Assembly (NCBI GenBank): GCA_018223185.1
Contig: JAAEYW010000023.1
Location: 7,734 to 71,733, forward strand
DNA: 64,000 nt
Direction: 5' to 3'
Origin: Oceanospirillales bacterium
Lineage (GTDB): Bacteria > Pseudomonadota > Gammaproteobacteria > Pseudomonadales > Balneatricaceae
Shown here: in pieces, positions 18,112 through 27,749 of the stretch
Numbering within the stretch: the stretch's first letter is position 1
Layout: the number at the start of each line of letters is the position of its first letter
Program-made: the position numbers and the translations under genes
The notes under the pieces: model-generated
Database searches by the model: none
The model's input: only the letters and a program-made list of their open reading frames with translations
Told to the model about the DNA's origin: nothing

Positions 18112-19770
18112 ATGCAACTCATTTATGGGCTCCATTTTCATAATCTCAAAGGTGATCTGTTAGGAGGACTGACTGCTGCCGTAGTCGCTTTACCGTTAGC
18201 GCTGGCTTTTGGTGTTTCTTCCGGAGCCGGAGCGATAGCGGGGATATACGGCGCGATTTTTGTCGGTCTGTTTGCCGCGCTTTTTGGCGGAACGCCGAGT
18301 CAGGTATCGGGTCCAACCGGGCCAATGACGGTTGTAATGGCGTCTGTTTTTACCCAGTTTGTTGCGCTGGATCCGCAAAGCGGGCCGGTATTTGCGTTTA
18401 CCGTGGTAATCCTGGGAGGACTGTTCCAGATGTCCTTTGGTCTGCTGAAACTGGGTAAGTATGTCACTCTGGTACCGTTTCCGGTGATATCCGGGTTTAT
18501 GACGGGTATCGGAATTATCATTATTCTGTTGCAACTGGGACCGATGTTCGGTTTCCCCTCATCTACAAGTGCTGCAGAGTCATTGCGACAGATACCGCAC
18601 TATCTGGCTGATGCGGACCCCGCAGCGCTGTTGCTGGGGGCTGTTACACTGGCCGTAGTGATATTCTGCCCTAAAAGACTTGCTGTTGTTGTTCCGCCAA
18701 CACTGCTTGCATTGGTGCTTGGCACCGTTATCTATCAGCTGTTTCATGGCGATACGAATCTGGCCATAATCGGTCATATACCCACCGGGTTACCTGACTT
18801 GCAGATGCCACGTTTTTCAATGGATATTCTCAGTGAGATGCTGTTTGCTGCGGTAATGCTCGCTGTTCTGGGTTCCATCGACTCTCTGTTGACCTCTCTG
18901 GTGGCTGACACTATGACTAAAACCCAACATGATTCAGACCGTGAACTGATCGGGCAGGGGGTCGGCAATATGGTTGCCGGACTGTTTGGCGGATTGCCGG
19001 GTGCCGGGGCGACAATGCGTACCGTGGTCAATATTAAAGCCGGGGGCAAGACGCCGATCGCAGGGGCCTTTCATGCGATCGTACTGGTTTGCGTAGTGCT
19101 TGGGGCCGCACCTTTGGCGGAAAATATTCCACATGCCGTGTTGGCGGGGATTCTGATTAAAGTGGGGCTGGATATCATTGACTGGCGTTTCCTGTTTCGG
19201 TTACACCAGGCGCCTTTGTTTGTTGCCTGCCTGATGATATTAGTACTGGTGCTGACGGTGATGGTGGATCTCGTGACGGCTGTGTTTGCCGGGGTGTTTA
19301 TTGCCAATGTCGTGACGGTTAAACGGCTGGCGGATAATCAGTTAGACAGCATCCGGGTGATTGATAGTCATGCGGGAAATGATGAGGGGCTGAGTAAGCG
19401 GGAACGTAAGCTGCTGGCTGAAACTCAGGGGCGGGTTGTTCTTTATCAGTTTGATGGTCCGGTCAGTTATGCTGCAGCAAAAGGCTTATCAGCAAAACTT
19501 CAGGGGCGGCATCCGCATGATGCATTGTTACTGGATTTTAGCCGGGTACCGCTGATCGATGTCTCTACTGCACTGGCGATTGAGGATATGATTATTGAGG
19601 CGCAGGAGCTTGGTCGCGATGTTCATATTATCGGCCTGAATCCGATCGTTAAGGATATTCTGAGTCGCCTGAAGATTCTTAGCCTGATTCCGGCTAGTTT
19701 CTGTCATGAGAAGCGTAGCCGGGCGTTGGAAACCGCTTATGCTATGGTGTTTCGTGATGAACTTAATTGA
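18112..19770 (+). CDS. SulP-family anion transporter with C-terminal STAS domain
   Basis: 552 aa. GDLLGGLTAAVVALPLALAF N-terminus, multiple TM segments, STAS-like tail (VVLYQFDGPVSYAAAK...). Confidence 0.85.
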   Translation: MQLIYGLHFHNLKGDLLGGLTAAVVALPLALAFGVSSGAGAIAGIYGAIFVGLFAALFGGTPSQVSGPTGPMTVVMASVFTQFVALDPQSGPVFAFTVVILGGLFQMSFGLLKLGKYVTLVPFPVISGFMTGIGIIIILLQLGPMFGFPSSTSAAESLRQIPHYLADADPAALLLGAVTLAVVIFCPKRLAVVVPPTLLALVLGTVIYQLFHGDTNLAIIGHIPTGLPDLQMPRFSMDILSEMLFAAVMLAVLGSIDSLLTSLVADTMTKTQHDSDRELIGQGVGNMVAGLFGGLPGAGATMRTVVNIKAGGKTPIAGAFHAIVLVCVVLGAAPLAENIPHAVLAGILIKVGLDIIDWRFLFRLHQAPLFVACLMILVLVLTVMVDLVTAVFAGVFIANVVTVKRLADNQLDSIRVIDSHAGNDEGLSKRERKLLAETQGRVVLYQFDGPVSYAAAKGLSAKLQGRHPHDALLLDFSRVPLIDVSTALAIEDMIIEAQELGRDVHIIGLNPIVKDILSRLKILSLIPASFCHEKRSRALETAYAMVFRDELN

Positions 19771-19775
19771 TGAAC

Positions 19776-20378
19776 TTAATTGATTATCAGGGTGATCAGG
19801 TGCTGGAAGGGTGTCAGGGCTTGTCTGAACTCTGTCAGTCGGTTTAACTCGAGTTGTGCTGTGACTTCAAGCTCAGCTGCAAAGTTTCTTTCGCAGTCGT
19901 CGAGTTTAAACTGGCTGATCAGCTGTTCAAGTTCTCCCGTCAGGTTGTAGGGTGCTGTCAGGCTGATTGCAATAGTGGCAACAACGACTTCGGTTGATAC
20001 TGTCTGTAAGGTCTCCTGAACACTCTGAGAATACGCCCGGGCCAGCCCTCCGGTACCGAGTTTTATACCACCAAAATAGCGGGTGACCACCGCGCAGATA
20101 TTACCCAGATGACTATGTCGCAGCACATTCAGCATCGGCTGGCCGGCGGTGCCTTTCGGCTCACCGTCATCACTACAGTTCCATTGATGCGGGTCATCGG
20201 GAGCGCCGGCAATATAACTCCAGCAATGGTGGTTTGCTTTTGGGTGGCGGGCTCGTATCGATTCGATAAAGCGTAGTGCTTCATCCCGGTCGCTGACCGG
20301 CTGGATGTCGCAGATAAAGCGGCTTTTACGAATCTCGAGTTCGGTGCTGTGATAAGCCGCCGGGCGCATGTAGTCCAT
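19776..20378 (-). CDS. yigZ: YigZ/IMPACT-family protein
   Basis: 200 aa. EIRKSRFICDIQPV..., HHCWSYI and VVTRYFGGIKLGTGGLARAY motifs of UPF0029. Confidence 0.8.
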   Translation of the reverse strand: MDYMRPAAYHSTELEIRKSRFICDIQPVSDRDEALRFIESIRARHPKANHHCWSYIAGAPDDPHQWNCSDDGEPKGTAGQPMLNVLRHSHLGNICAVVTRYFGGIKLGTGGLARAYSQSVQETLQTVSTEVVVATIAISLTAPYNLTGELEQLISQFKLDDCERNFAAELEVTAQLELNRLTEFRQALTPFQHLITLIIN

Positions 20379-20403
20379 CAGTCAGTACACCAGAGACTAC
20401 CTG

Positions 20404-21567
20404 TTACAGCTTGGGCGGCTGGTATCCCTGCCACAGGCGGATACTTCTGAACCAGCTTTGTTGTTTGAACAGTCTGTCCAGCTCTGCTTCCAGCGCTTTC
20501 ATATCAATCTGCTGGTTGGCTGGCGTATCGAGTAGCATCAGTTCGATCTCAACTGAGTCCCTGCGGTAATAGAGTGCCAGACGACTGATTCCCAGATCCG
20601 GATGGCCCGTCTGGTCAAGCAGTTCCCACAATACTCCGCTGATCTCGGTCCGTACCGGCAGACTGGTTGAGTTATCGAACTCCTCTTCATCATCGTAGGT
20701 ATCGATATGAAAGATAATGTGACCAATATCTTCAAACTTTCTCATCAGCTGCAGTACCGCTTTGTCACCGATGTAGTGACCTTCTGAGGCGCTCAGGTGG
20801 GGGGCAACCTGCAGATGCATCTCCAGCAGGCTCTGGCTTCCCATGCTGCGGCTTTTGAAGCTGTGTACGCTGAGAATGCCCTCTACCTCCATAATAACTT
20901 CGGTATAGGCTTGTGTTTGCTCTTCAGGAAGGGCGGTATCTACCAGTTCAAGAATACTTTTCCAGGTCAGGTCCCAGCCGACTTTAGCGATGATCAGTGC
21001 TACCCCGATGGCAGCAACAGAATCCAGCCAGGCCATTCCGGCCATCGCGCCAGCAACACCGAAAAATACAACAATAGAGGAGAATGCATCGGTACGGCTG
21101 TGCCATGCATTAGCGATGATCAGGTCTGACTTGATTCTTTTGCCGACGGCGAGTGTGTAACGGAAAATAATCTCTTTAGCAAAGACTGAGATAGCAGCGA
21201 CTACCAGTGCAGGCCATTCAGGAAGTTTTATCACTTCGCCCCGGATAAGTGTCAGCAGGCTCTCATATGCCATTGCTCCGGCAACGGCGATCAGGATACA
21301 GCCAAGAATAACAGTACCGATGGTTTCGAAACGTGCATGCCCCCAGGGGTGTTCCTCATCGGGCTCCTGATGAGAATATTTTATGACCCAGACCACCATA
21401 AAATCGGTCAGCAGGTCTGACAGTGAATGGATGCCATCGGCGATCAGTGCGCTGGAGTGAGACAGCATACCGAAGATAATTTTAAGCACGCCAAGAACGG
21501 CATCGATAACCGAACCAATAATGGTTATGCGCTGGGCCTGTGACTGATTACTTCGCGTTTCTAACAT
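20404..21567 (-). CDS. cation diffusion facilitator (CDF) transporter with an extra C-terminal domain of about 90 aa
   Basis: HSLSDLLTD and six TM segments, canonical cytoplasmic domain ending near HIIFHIDTYDD, then about 92 further residues. Confidence 0.8.
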   Translation of the reverse strand: MLETRSNQSQAQRITIIGSVIDAVLGVLKIIFGMLSHSSALIADGIHSLSDLLTDFMVVWVIKYSHQEPDEEHPWGHARFETIGTVILGCILIAVAGAMAYESLLTLIRGEVIKLPEWPALVVAAISVFAKEIIFRYTLAVGKRIKSDLIIANAWHSRTDAFSSIVVFFGVAGAMAGMAWLDSVAAIGVALIIAKVGWDLTWKSILELVDTALPEEQTQAYTEVIMEVEGILSVHSFKSRSMGSQSLLEMHLQVAPHLSASEGHYIGDKAVLQLMRKFEDIGHIIFHIDTYDDEEEFDNSTSLPVRTEISGVLWELLDQTGHPDLGISRLALYYRRDSVEIELMLLDTPANQQIDMKALEAELDRLFKQQSWFRSIRLWQGYQPPKL

Positions 21568-21863
21568 GATTGAAAAATAGTCCCGTTCTTTACGAGGCCG
21601 TTATGGTAAGTGGAACAGGCTGAATTGGCCAGATGTAAGCAACTTTTTATAATTTTTTTTTACAAAAACAGGTTGACTTTTATCGGTCACAGCAATGACG
21701 CGGAATTGAAACACTCATTGGATAAGTCGGATAAACTTTTCGTCCGGCTCAGATTAATTCGATCTAACTTGCTGAATATTAAAGACAATTACATCTGGTT
21801 AAAAAGTAACCATGTTATAAGGATCGGTGAAAAACCGGGTCATCCGGGGGGGTAATATGAGGG

Positions 21864-21896
21864 TACCCACAATGTTATCCACAACTTATGTGGGTA
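21864..21896 (+). promoter_or_regulatory. 8-bp inverted repeat TACCCACA/TGTGGGTA with a perfect TTATCCACA (DnaA-box consensus) in its 17-nt spacer, upstream of the BASS transporter gene
   Basis: tacccaca-atgttatccacaactta-tgtgggta. CCACA occurs three times in 33 nt (twice direct, once inverted). Confidence 0.3.
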
Positions 21897-21983
21897 GATT
21901 GAGACAGCCCTTTAGTTCTCTGTTATCTGGCGGTTGTCCCGGACTGCTCAGAACTCTATTATTGGCGTTCATGAAACTATCAG

Positions 21984-22889
21984 ATGGAGTCGTCCTCAAT
22001 GGAAGGTGGCAATGCACTTTCAATGTTATTACCGGTTGCTCTGTTTATTATTATGCTAGGCATGGGACTGACGCTTAAACTGAGTGACTTTTTATCTCTG
22101 CGTCAGCGGCCGGTGGCGATTATCGCAGGTGTTTTTCTGCAGCTTCTGTTTCTGCCGCTGTTAGCCTGGCTGGTGGTGACTGCGCTGGAGCTTCCCGCAG
22201 TCCTGGCTGCGGGTTTGCTGATCGTCTCTTTTGCCCCGGGCGGCGCTACCTCGAATATGATCAGCTATCTCTGTCGTGCCGATACTGCGCTGTCTATTTC
22301 ACTGACGGCGATTACCAGTCTTATCATACCTTTTACGCTTCCCTGGTTTACCTGGCTAACTCTGGAGCATTTTTTAGGCAATGGGGTGATAGTCGAGTTG
22401 CCTCTGTTAAGTACCATTGCGAAGCTGGTGTTGGTGACCCTGATCCCTGTCGCCACAGGGCTCTGTATAAACAGTCGCTGGCCACGGCTTTGCAGTCAGC
22501 TACGGCGGCCGATAAAGATCCTCTCGCTGGTATTTATGTTCTTCGTGGTGCTGATGATTAGCTGGGCTAATCGTGCGGTGCTGCCTGAGCTGATGCCGCT
22601 GCTGAGTCCGGCGATTATTCTGCTTGCCAGCAGTGCGATGTTGTTTGCGATTCTGATAGCTCGCTATCTGCTGCGGCTTAATGCCGAAACGGCGTTGACG
22701 CTTGGTATTGAAACCGGGATTCAGAATGCCGGTACGGCACTCATGGTAACGGGCGCGATTCTGCAACAGCCGGAGATGTCGCTGGCTGTACTGTTGTATG
22801 GCATTCTGATGCAGGTGCCTGCGGTGTTGCTGATTTTGTGGCGCAATAGCCCGGCGAAGTTGCGGTCCGTCTTAGTCAATACCAAGTAA
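21984..22889 (+). CDS. bile acid:Na+ symporter (BASS) family transporter
   Basis: 301 aa, multi-TM, LGMGLTLKLSDF and FAPGGATSN motifs. The start could instead be ATG 21999. Confidence 0.8.
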   Translation: MESSSMEGGNALSMLLPVALFIIMLGMGLTLKLSDFLSLRQRPVAIIAGVFLQLLFLPLLAWLVVTALELPAVLAAGLLIVSFAPGGATSNMISYLCRADTALSISLTAITSLIIPFTLPWFTWLTLEHFLGNGVIVELPLLSTIAKLVLVTLIPVATGLCINSRWPRLCSQLRRPIKILSLVFMFFVVLMISWANRAVLPELMPLLSPAIILLASSAMLFAILIARYLLRLNAETALTLGIETGIQNAGTALMVTGAILQQPEMSLAVLLYGILMQVPAVLLILWRNSPAKLRSVLVNTK

Positions 22890-23522
22890 TTTGTGAGTCT
22901 GCAGACTCAGTTTCCACTGGGGGTTGTCCAGACAGTAACGGATGCAGTCCTGCGTATTGATACGCTGCATCGGACCGTCCATTGGTTGCAGGTAGAAATG
23001 TTTGAATTTTAGCTGTGTGAACTGTTCTGGCTGCGCAAGAGGCTGAGGATAGACCAGTTTCAGTTCATCACCGCTGAGCTGAACCAGTTGAGCATCGGCT
23101 TTCGGGCTGACACAGATCCAGTCAATCTGCGGCGGAACCGGGAGTGTGCCATTGGTTTCAACAGCAATCTCAAAACCCTGCTGGTGCAGTGCTTCAATCA
23201 GTGCCATATCAAGCTGCAACAGGGGTTCACCACCGGTGCAAACGACATAAGGTCGCCCCAGGGCTGCTCCTTCACTTTCTGGCCAGAAACTTTTGATTTT
23301 TCTGGCCAGTGATTCTGCCGACTGGAACTTACCACCGTTCTGACCGTCAGTGCCAATAAAATCAGTATCGCAGAAATCACAGACCGCTTTGCTTCGGTCC
23401 TGCTCCCGGCCGGACCAGAGGTTGCAACCGGTAAACCGGCAAAATACCGCGGGGCGCCCGGCCTGGGCTCCTTCACCCTGAAGGGTATAGAACATCTCTT
23501 TAACGCTGTAATTATTACTCAC
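22872..23522 (-). CDS. queE: 7-carboxy-7-deazaguanine synthase (radical SAM)
   Basis: YTLQGEGAQAGRPAVFCRFTGCNLW cluster motif. 216 aa. 3' end overlaps the convergent BASS gene by 18 nt. Confidence 0.85.
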   Translation of the reverse strand: MSNNYSVKEMFYTLQGEGAQAGRPAVFCRFTGCNLWSGREQDRSKAVCDFCDTDFIGTDGQNGGKFQSAESLARKIKSFWPESEGAALGRPYVVCTGGEPLLQLDMALIEALHQQGFEIAVETNGTLPVPPQIDWICVSPKADAQLVQLSGDELKLVYPQPLAQPEQFTQLKFKHFYLQPMDGPMQRINTQDCIRYCLDNPQWKLSLQTHKLLGID

Positions 23523-23627
23523 TGAATGGTCCTGATCTGCTGGATGTGGGTAGTCTACACAGTGGATGGCTAAGTTAAAATAGTAAGCTATTTTATTCCG
23601 TTGCGCTCAGCGGCGTTGCTGAATAAA

Positions 23628-23668
23628 GAAAACGCCGGCCCCGCAAGAGATCGGTGCGCCGGCGTTAT
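23628..23668 (-). terminator. Rho-independent terminator after rdgC
   Basis: Minus strand: aacgccggc...gccggcgtt stem followed by TTCTTTATT. Confidence 0.6.
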
Positions 23669-23699
23669 ATGATCCATATTATAGCGAGGTGCTAACGCT

Positions 23700-24614
23700 T
23701 CAGGGGCGCTGAGCTTCGCCGCCAAACGCTTCGGTCAGTGCGGGAATCAGGCGGGTCAGTTCCAGTGACATCTGCACAAACTCCGCATCAAACTGGGCAA
23801 ATGCCTCCTCGGGGCTGTCCTGGTCCAGTTTTTCTTTAAGCTGATCTGATAGTTTAATACGCTTAATGCACAGGTCATCCTGAAGAATAAAGTTTAAGCT
23901 TTCCTGCCATTCCAGTGCCAGCTTAACAACCCGCTTGCCCGCTTCCAGGTGATGGCGAATCTCATCACTATCAAGATCCTGGCCTTTACAGCGAATGATA
24001 CCGGTTTCAACCGCGCTGTCTCGCAGCTCGCACTCGTCCATCGGTTCAAGGCCCGTGTAACGCTCACCAGGCTGTTCCAGCCAGTTAGACATAACAGCAG
24101 AGGGTGACTGATTAACGTCCGGCAGAACGACCGGCAGGGAGCCCAGCAGGCTTCGAAGGTGACTGAGCAGCTCTTCTGCCCGTTTGTGGCTGCTGGCATC
24201 AACAATTAACAGGTTCTGTTGTGGAGCGATCAGCGCCCAGGTTGTCTGGAATTTACTGAATGCGCGGGGCAGCAGATCCAGAACTATCTCATCTTTGAGC
24301 TGATCCTTCTCTTTTTTATAAACTTTTCGTGCCTGCTCCTCTTCAATCACTTTTACCCGGTTATCCAGTTGCTGACGGATAACCTGAGAGGGGATGATTT
24401 TATCCTCTTTCTGTGCCGCGATAAGCATGAAACCGTTGCCCGAATGCACCAGCATATCCGACAGTCCGCCACTGGGACTGACCCAGCCAAAGCGGCTCAG
24501 TTCCTGGTTGCCGCAGGGGGTAAAGGCTTTCTCACTGAGTTTTTCTTCAAGGGCTTCGGGTGTATAGTCAAATGGCTGTGTGAAACGGTAAAAGATGGCA
24601 TTTTTGAACCACAT
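23700..24614 (-). CDS. rdgC: recombination-associated protein RdgC
   Basis: MWFKNAIFYRF... N-terminus and 304-aa length typical of RdgC. Confidence 0.85.
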   Translation of the reverse strand: MWFKNAIFYRFTQPFDYTPEALEEKLSEKAFTPCGNQELSRFGWVSPSGGLSDMLVHSGNGFMLIAAQKEDKIIPSQVIRQQLDNRVKVIEEEQARKVYKKEKDQLKDEIVLDLLPRAFSKFQTTWALIAPQQNLLIVDASSHKRAEELLSHLRSLLGSLPVVLPDVNQSPSAVMSNWLEQPGERYTGLEPMDECELRDSAVETGIIRCKGQDLDSDEIRHHLEAGKRVVKLALEWQESLNFILQDDLCIKRIKLSDQLKEKLDQDSPEEAFAQFDAEFVQMSLELTRLIPALTEAFGGEAQRP

Positions 24615-24800
24615 AAGATGAGCCCTTAATAACAGATAAAAAAAGAGTGGCTATTGTAAAGAGATAACCGACTTGCGAACAGGATTGATCTGAAGATATC
24701 GAGTATCAGCGGTGGCATGGGCCAACCAGCTTGCCGATTGTCGGCAAACAGCGAGAGTGCTGTGTCAGGGAGCTATGGCTGCATAGCTCCCCATGGCAGA

Positions 24801-25343
24801 TCAGAGGCCTTCGTAGGCCAGCAGGGTGTAGACCGGAATACCTGCTTGCTGAATCAGTTCAGAGCCTTGCAGGTCAGGCAGGTCGATCAGTGCCGCCGCT
24901 TCATAAACCTCAGCACCGAGCTCTTTAATGATGGTGCTGGCTGCGAGAATAGTTCCCCCGGTTGCGATCAGATCATCAAATATCAGCACTTTATCGCCTT
25001 CAGCGACCGCATCAACCTGCATCTCAACCGCTGCAGTGCCATACTCAAGCGCATATTCACGATGGATGGTTTTTCCGGGAAGCTTGCCTTTTTTGCGCAC
25101 CAGTACCAGTGGGATATTCAACTGATAGGCCATAATGGAGCCAAACAGGAAGCCGCGGGCGTCGATACTGGCAATATGTGTCACTTCAGTATCGATATAG
25201 CGCTGGATGAATGAATCTGCAATCATCCGCAACGCTTTCGGGTCTTTAAACAGTGGGGTTATATCTCTGAACATTACTCCGGGTTCTGGCCAGTCCGGTA
25301 TCGTGCGCATTACGGACTTGATATAACATTCATCGAAACTCAT
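24801..25343 (-). CDS. apt: adenine phosphoribosyltransferase
   Basis: PRPP-binding motif VLIFDDLIATGGT. 180 aa. Confidence 0.9.
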   Translation of the reverse strand: MSFDECYIKSVMRTIPDWPEPGVMFRDITPLFKDPKALRMIADSFIQRYIDTEVTHIASIDARGFLFGSIMAYQLNIPLVLVRKKGKLPGKTIHREYALEYGTAAVEMQVDAVAEGDKVLIFDDLIATGGTILAASTIIKELGAEVYEAAALIDLPDLQGSELIQQAGIPVYTLLAYEGL

Positions 25344-25375
25344 CAGGGTTACCTTAAAACACTAGGACTATAAAA

Positions 25376-25402
25376 ATAATACCCGCCGACCGCGGGTATT
25401 TT
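25376..25402 (-). terminator. Rho-independent terminator after fnr
   Basis: Minus strand: acccgcggtcggcgggt stem followed by ATTATTTTT. Confidence 0.6.
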
Positions 25403-25419
25403 TCAATTCAAACTGAAGA

Positions 25420-26199
25420 TCATGTGTGCGGACAGGACTTGTCTTCGCTGTAGTCGGCATCCTGAGATTCACCGGACAGATTATAGATCTCTTGCAGATT
25501 GCTCAGTTCAATTTCTTTGCCGTCAACCTGCACTAACTCCATTTTCTGGAAGCGGGTAAAGATGCGGCTGACGGTTTCGACTGCCAGTCCAAGGTAGTTG
25601 CCGATCTCGTTTCTCGACATGGACAGGCGGAAGTGGGTAGCCGAGTAACCACGTGCTTTAAAGCGTGTGGAAAGCTTGATCAGGAACGTTGCTACACGCT
25701 GCTCAGCATTCTTTTTGCTGAGTAGCAGCATCATCTGCTGATCATCGCGTATCTCCTTACTCAGGGTTCGCAGTATCTGGCGCCGCAGCTCGGGCATCTG
25801 TCCCGACAGTTCATCGAGTCGCTCAAACGGTATTTCACAGACAGTGGTGGTTTCCAGCATCTTAGCTGAAACAGGATACTGCTCACTGTCAAAACCGCTC
25901 ATGCCCACCATCTCACCGGGAAAGTAGAAGCCGGTTATCTGCTCCTCTCCCTCATTGGTGAGTGTGTAAGTTTTTATCGTTCCGGCACGAATGGCATAAA
26001 CAGAGGAGAACTCTTCTCCCTGGTGAAACAGATGTTCGCCTTTTTTTAATGGCCGGCTTTTGTCGATAATATCGTCCAGCTTGTCCATTTCTGTCATATC
26101 CAGAGATACGGGCAGACATAACGAACTCAGGCTGCATGTACTGCAATGAACCTGCCTTAAGCTGTGAAGCTTCCCTTCAGATGCCTTATGGTTGCCCAT
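25420..26199 (-). CDS. fnr: FNR/Anr oxygen-sensing transcription factor (CRP/FNR family)
   Basis: N-terminal Cys cluster ([14 protein letters not shown]), cNMP-like barrel, recognition helix [10 protein letters not shown] (the E--SR motif that reads TTGAT). Confidence 0.9.
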   Translation of the reverse strand: MGNHKASEGKLHSLRQVHCSTCSLSSLCLPVSLDMTEMDKLDDIIDKSRPLKKGEHLFHQGEEFSSVYAIRAGTIKTYTLTNEGEEQITGFYFPGEMVGMSGFDSEQYPVSAKMLETTTVCEIPFERLDELSGQMPELRRQILRTLSKEIRDDQQMMLLLSKKNAEQRVATFLIKLSTRFKARGYSATHFRLSMSRNEIGNYLGLAVETVSRIFTRFQKMELVQVDGKEIELSNLQEIYNLSGESQDADYSEDKSCPHT

Positions 26200-26286
26200 A
26201 GCTATGTCCTGTTTTCAGTGTGATATTAGACGTTGACTGGAGGTGATTATCCACTAAATCGTCAACCGGGTGAAGTATTTCCCGAA

Positions 26287-27690
26287 TCAAATGATCCGGG
26301 AGAATCCTCTGGTCGGTTCCTGTTTGGGTATATAAGCATCAAATGCCATACAGATACGGCGGATCAGCAATCGTCCGGCCGGGGTTACTTCGATGCTATT
26401 GTCACTGAGAATAATCAGCCCGTCACCGGTAAATCTTTCAAGATCCTGCAATTCATCAGCAAAATATTCACGGAAGCAGATGTCGAACTGCTGTTCAATA
26501 TCTTCCATATGAAGCTGGAAGTGGCAGATTAACTGGGTGATGACGGCGCGCCGGATCCGGTCGTCACGAGTCAGTGTGACACCCCGTTTGATGGCATAGT
26601 GATGATCTTCAACGGCTCCTGTGTAGGCACCCATATCATGCTCATTCTGGTAGTAAACATCGCCGATCTGACTGATCGAAGAGACGCCCATTGCTACCAG
26701 ATCGCAATCGCTGTGAGTGGTGTATCCCTGGAAGTTGCGGTGAAGCTTTCCGTTTTTCTGCGCCAGTGCAAGCTCGTCATCCGGTTTGGCAAAATGGTCC
26801 ATGCCGATATAAACATAACCTGCGTTACACAGTTTGCTGATGGTGGTTTCCAGGATAGCCAGCTTGGTTTCAGGGCTGGGCAGATCTTCAGCTTTGATAT
26901 GACTCTGGGAGCGGAACCGGTCCGGCATATGGGCATAGTTAAACACTGACAACCGGTCGGGACTCAACTCAATAATGGTGTCCAGCGTTTTGATAAAGCT
27001 TTCCAGAGTCTGGTGTGGCAGGCCGTAGATCAGATCAATATTGATTGAACGAAACCCAAGACGGCGCGCCTCATGCAGTACATCTGCGATCTCTTCTACA
27101 GGCTGTACCCGGTTAACCGCCTGTTGAACTTTAAGTTCGATATCCTGAACTCCGAAGCTGACGCGGTTAAAGCCGATCTCGCGCAGCACTTTAAGCATTT
27201 CGTGATCGACTTCGCGGGGATCTATCTCGATAGAGTAGTCTCCGGAATCGTCATCCAGCAGCTTGAAGTTATCACGCAGCTTCTGCATTACTTCGATCAT
27301 CTGTTCGTTGCTGATGAAGGTTGGCGTGCCGCCACCAAAGTGAAGCTGTTCAACAGTGCGATCGTCCGCATACCACTCGGACAGTTGAGTCATCTCTTTA
27401 TACAGGGTATCGAGATAGGGCTGAGCTTTTTTGCGGTTACGGGTGATCACCTTATTGCAGGCGCAGTAGTAACAGACATGGGCGCAGAAGGGTATATGTA
27501 CATAGAGCGACAACGGCGCACTGTGATCTGCTGTTTGCTGGCCAGTGCTTACCAGATCGGTAGCAGAAAGTTCAGGGTCAAACTGAATCGCAGTAGGGTA
27601 AGAGGTGTACCGGGGCCCGGACAGATCATAGCGGCGGATCAGATCGAGATCCCATTTAATCAGATTATTCTGCGTCACAACATTTCTCAC
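26287..27690 (-). CDS. hemN: oxygen-independent coproporphyrinogen III oxidase
   Basis: Radical-SAM CxxxCxxC (PFCAHVCYYCAC). 467 aa. YTSYPTA N-terminal motif. Confidence 0.9.
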   Translation of the reverse strand: MRNVVTQNNLIKWDLDLIRRYDLSGPRYTSYPTAIQFDPELSATDLVSTGQQTADHSAPLSLYVHIPFCAHVCYYCACNKVITRNRKKAQPYLDTLYKEMTQLSEWYADDRTVEQLHFGGGTPTFISNEQMIEVMQKLRDNFKLLDDDSGDYSIEIDPREVDHEMLKVLREIGFNRVSFGVQDIELKVQQAVNRVQPVEEIADVLHEARRLGFRSINIDLIYGLPHQTLESFIKTLDTIIELSPDRLSVFNYAHMPDRFRSQSHIKAEDLPSPETKLAILETTISKLCNAGYVYIGMDHFAKPDDELALAQKNGKLHRNFQGYTTHSDCDLVAMGVSSISQIGDVYYQNEHDMGAYTGAVEDHHYAIKRGVTLTRDDRIRRAVITQLICHFQLHMEDIEQQFDICFREYFADELQDLERFTGDGLIILSDNSIEVTPAGRLLIRRICMAFDAYIPKQEPTRGFSRII

Positions 27691-27735
27691 TTTTACTGCA
27701 AAGGCCCGATTATAGTGATTTTAACCGAACCGGTA

Positions 27736-27749
27736 TTGATGTTTATCAA
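27736..27749. promoter_or_regulatory. perfect FNR/Anr box TTGAT-gttt-ATCAA upstream of hemN
   Basis: Centre is about 52 nt upstream of the hemN ATG (27690). The right arm contains the stop codon (27746-27748) of the TauE-like gene. Confidence 0.75.

Noticed and set aside
21634-21651. TGTAAGcaacttTTTATA as a possible GacA box (TGTAAG-N6-CTTACA) marking an Rsm-type sRNA gene.
   Set aside because: The second half-site does not match CTTACA, and no GGA-rich RNA or terminator follows.
21875-21883. The perfect DnaA box TTATCCACA as evidence for a replication origin or a datA/DARS-type site.
   Set aside because: It is a single consensus box with no cluster of further boxes, no AT-rich 13-mer unwinding element, and no dnaA, gidA or mioC context. 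One or two chance matches are expected in a window of this size.
21610-22078. Track ORFs 21610-21855 (81 aa) and 21827-22078 (83 aa) in the intergenic region upstream of the BASS gene.
   Set aside because: They sit in AT-rich DNA with implausible composition and no RBS. The second overlaps the real BASS start out of frame. They are more likely promoter or leader DNA.
26233-26286. The inverted repeat GTTGAC-N23-GTCAAC between hemN and fnr as an FNR autoregulatory site.
   Set aside because: The spacing is wrong for FNR (TTGAT-N4-ATCAA) and the half-sites differ. It may be a weak hemN terminator stem at best.
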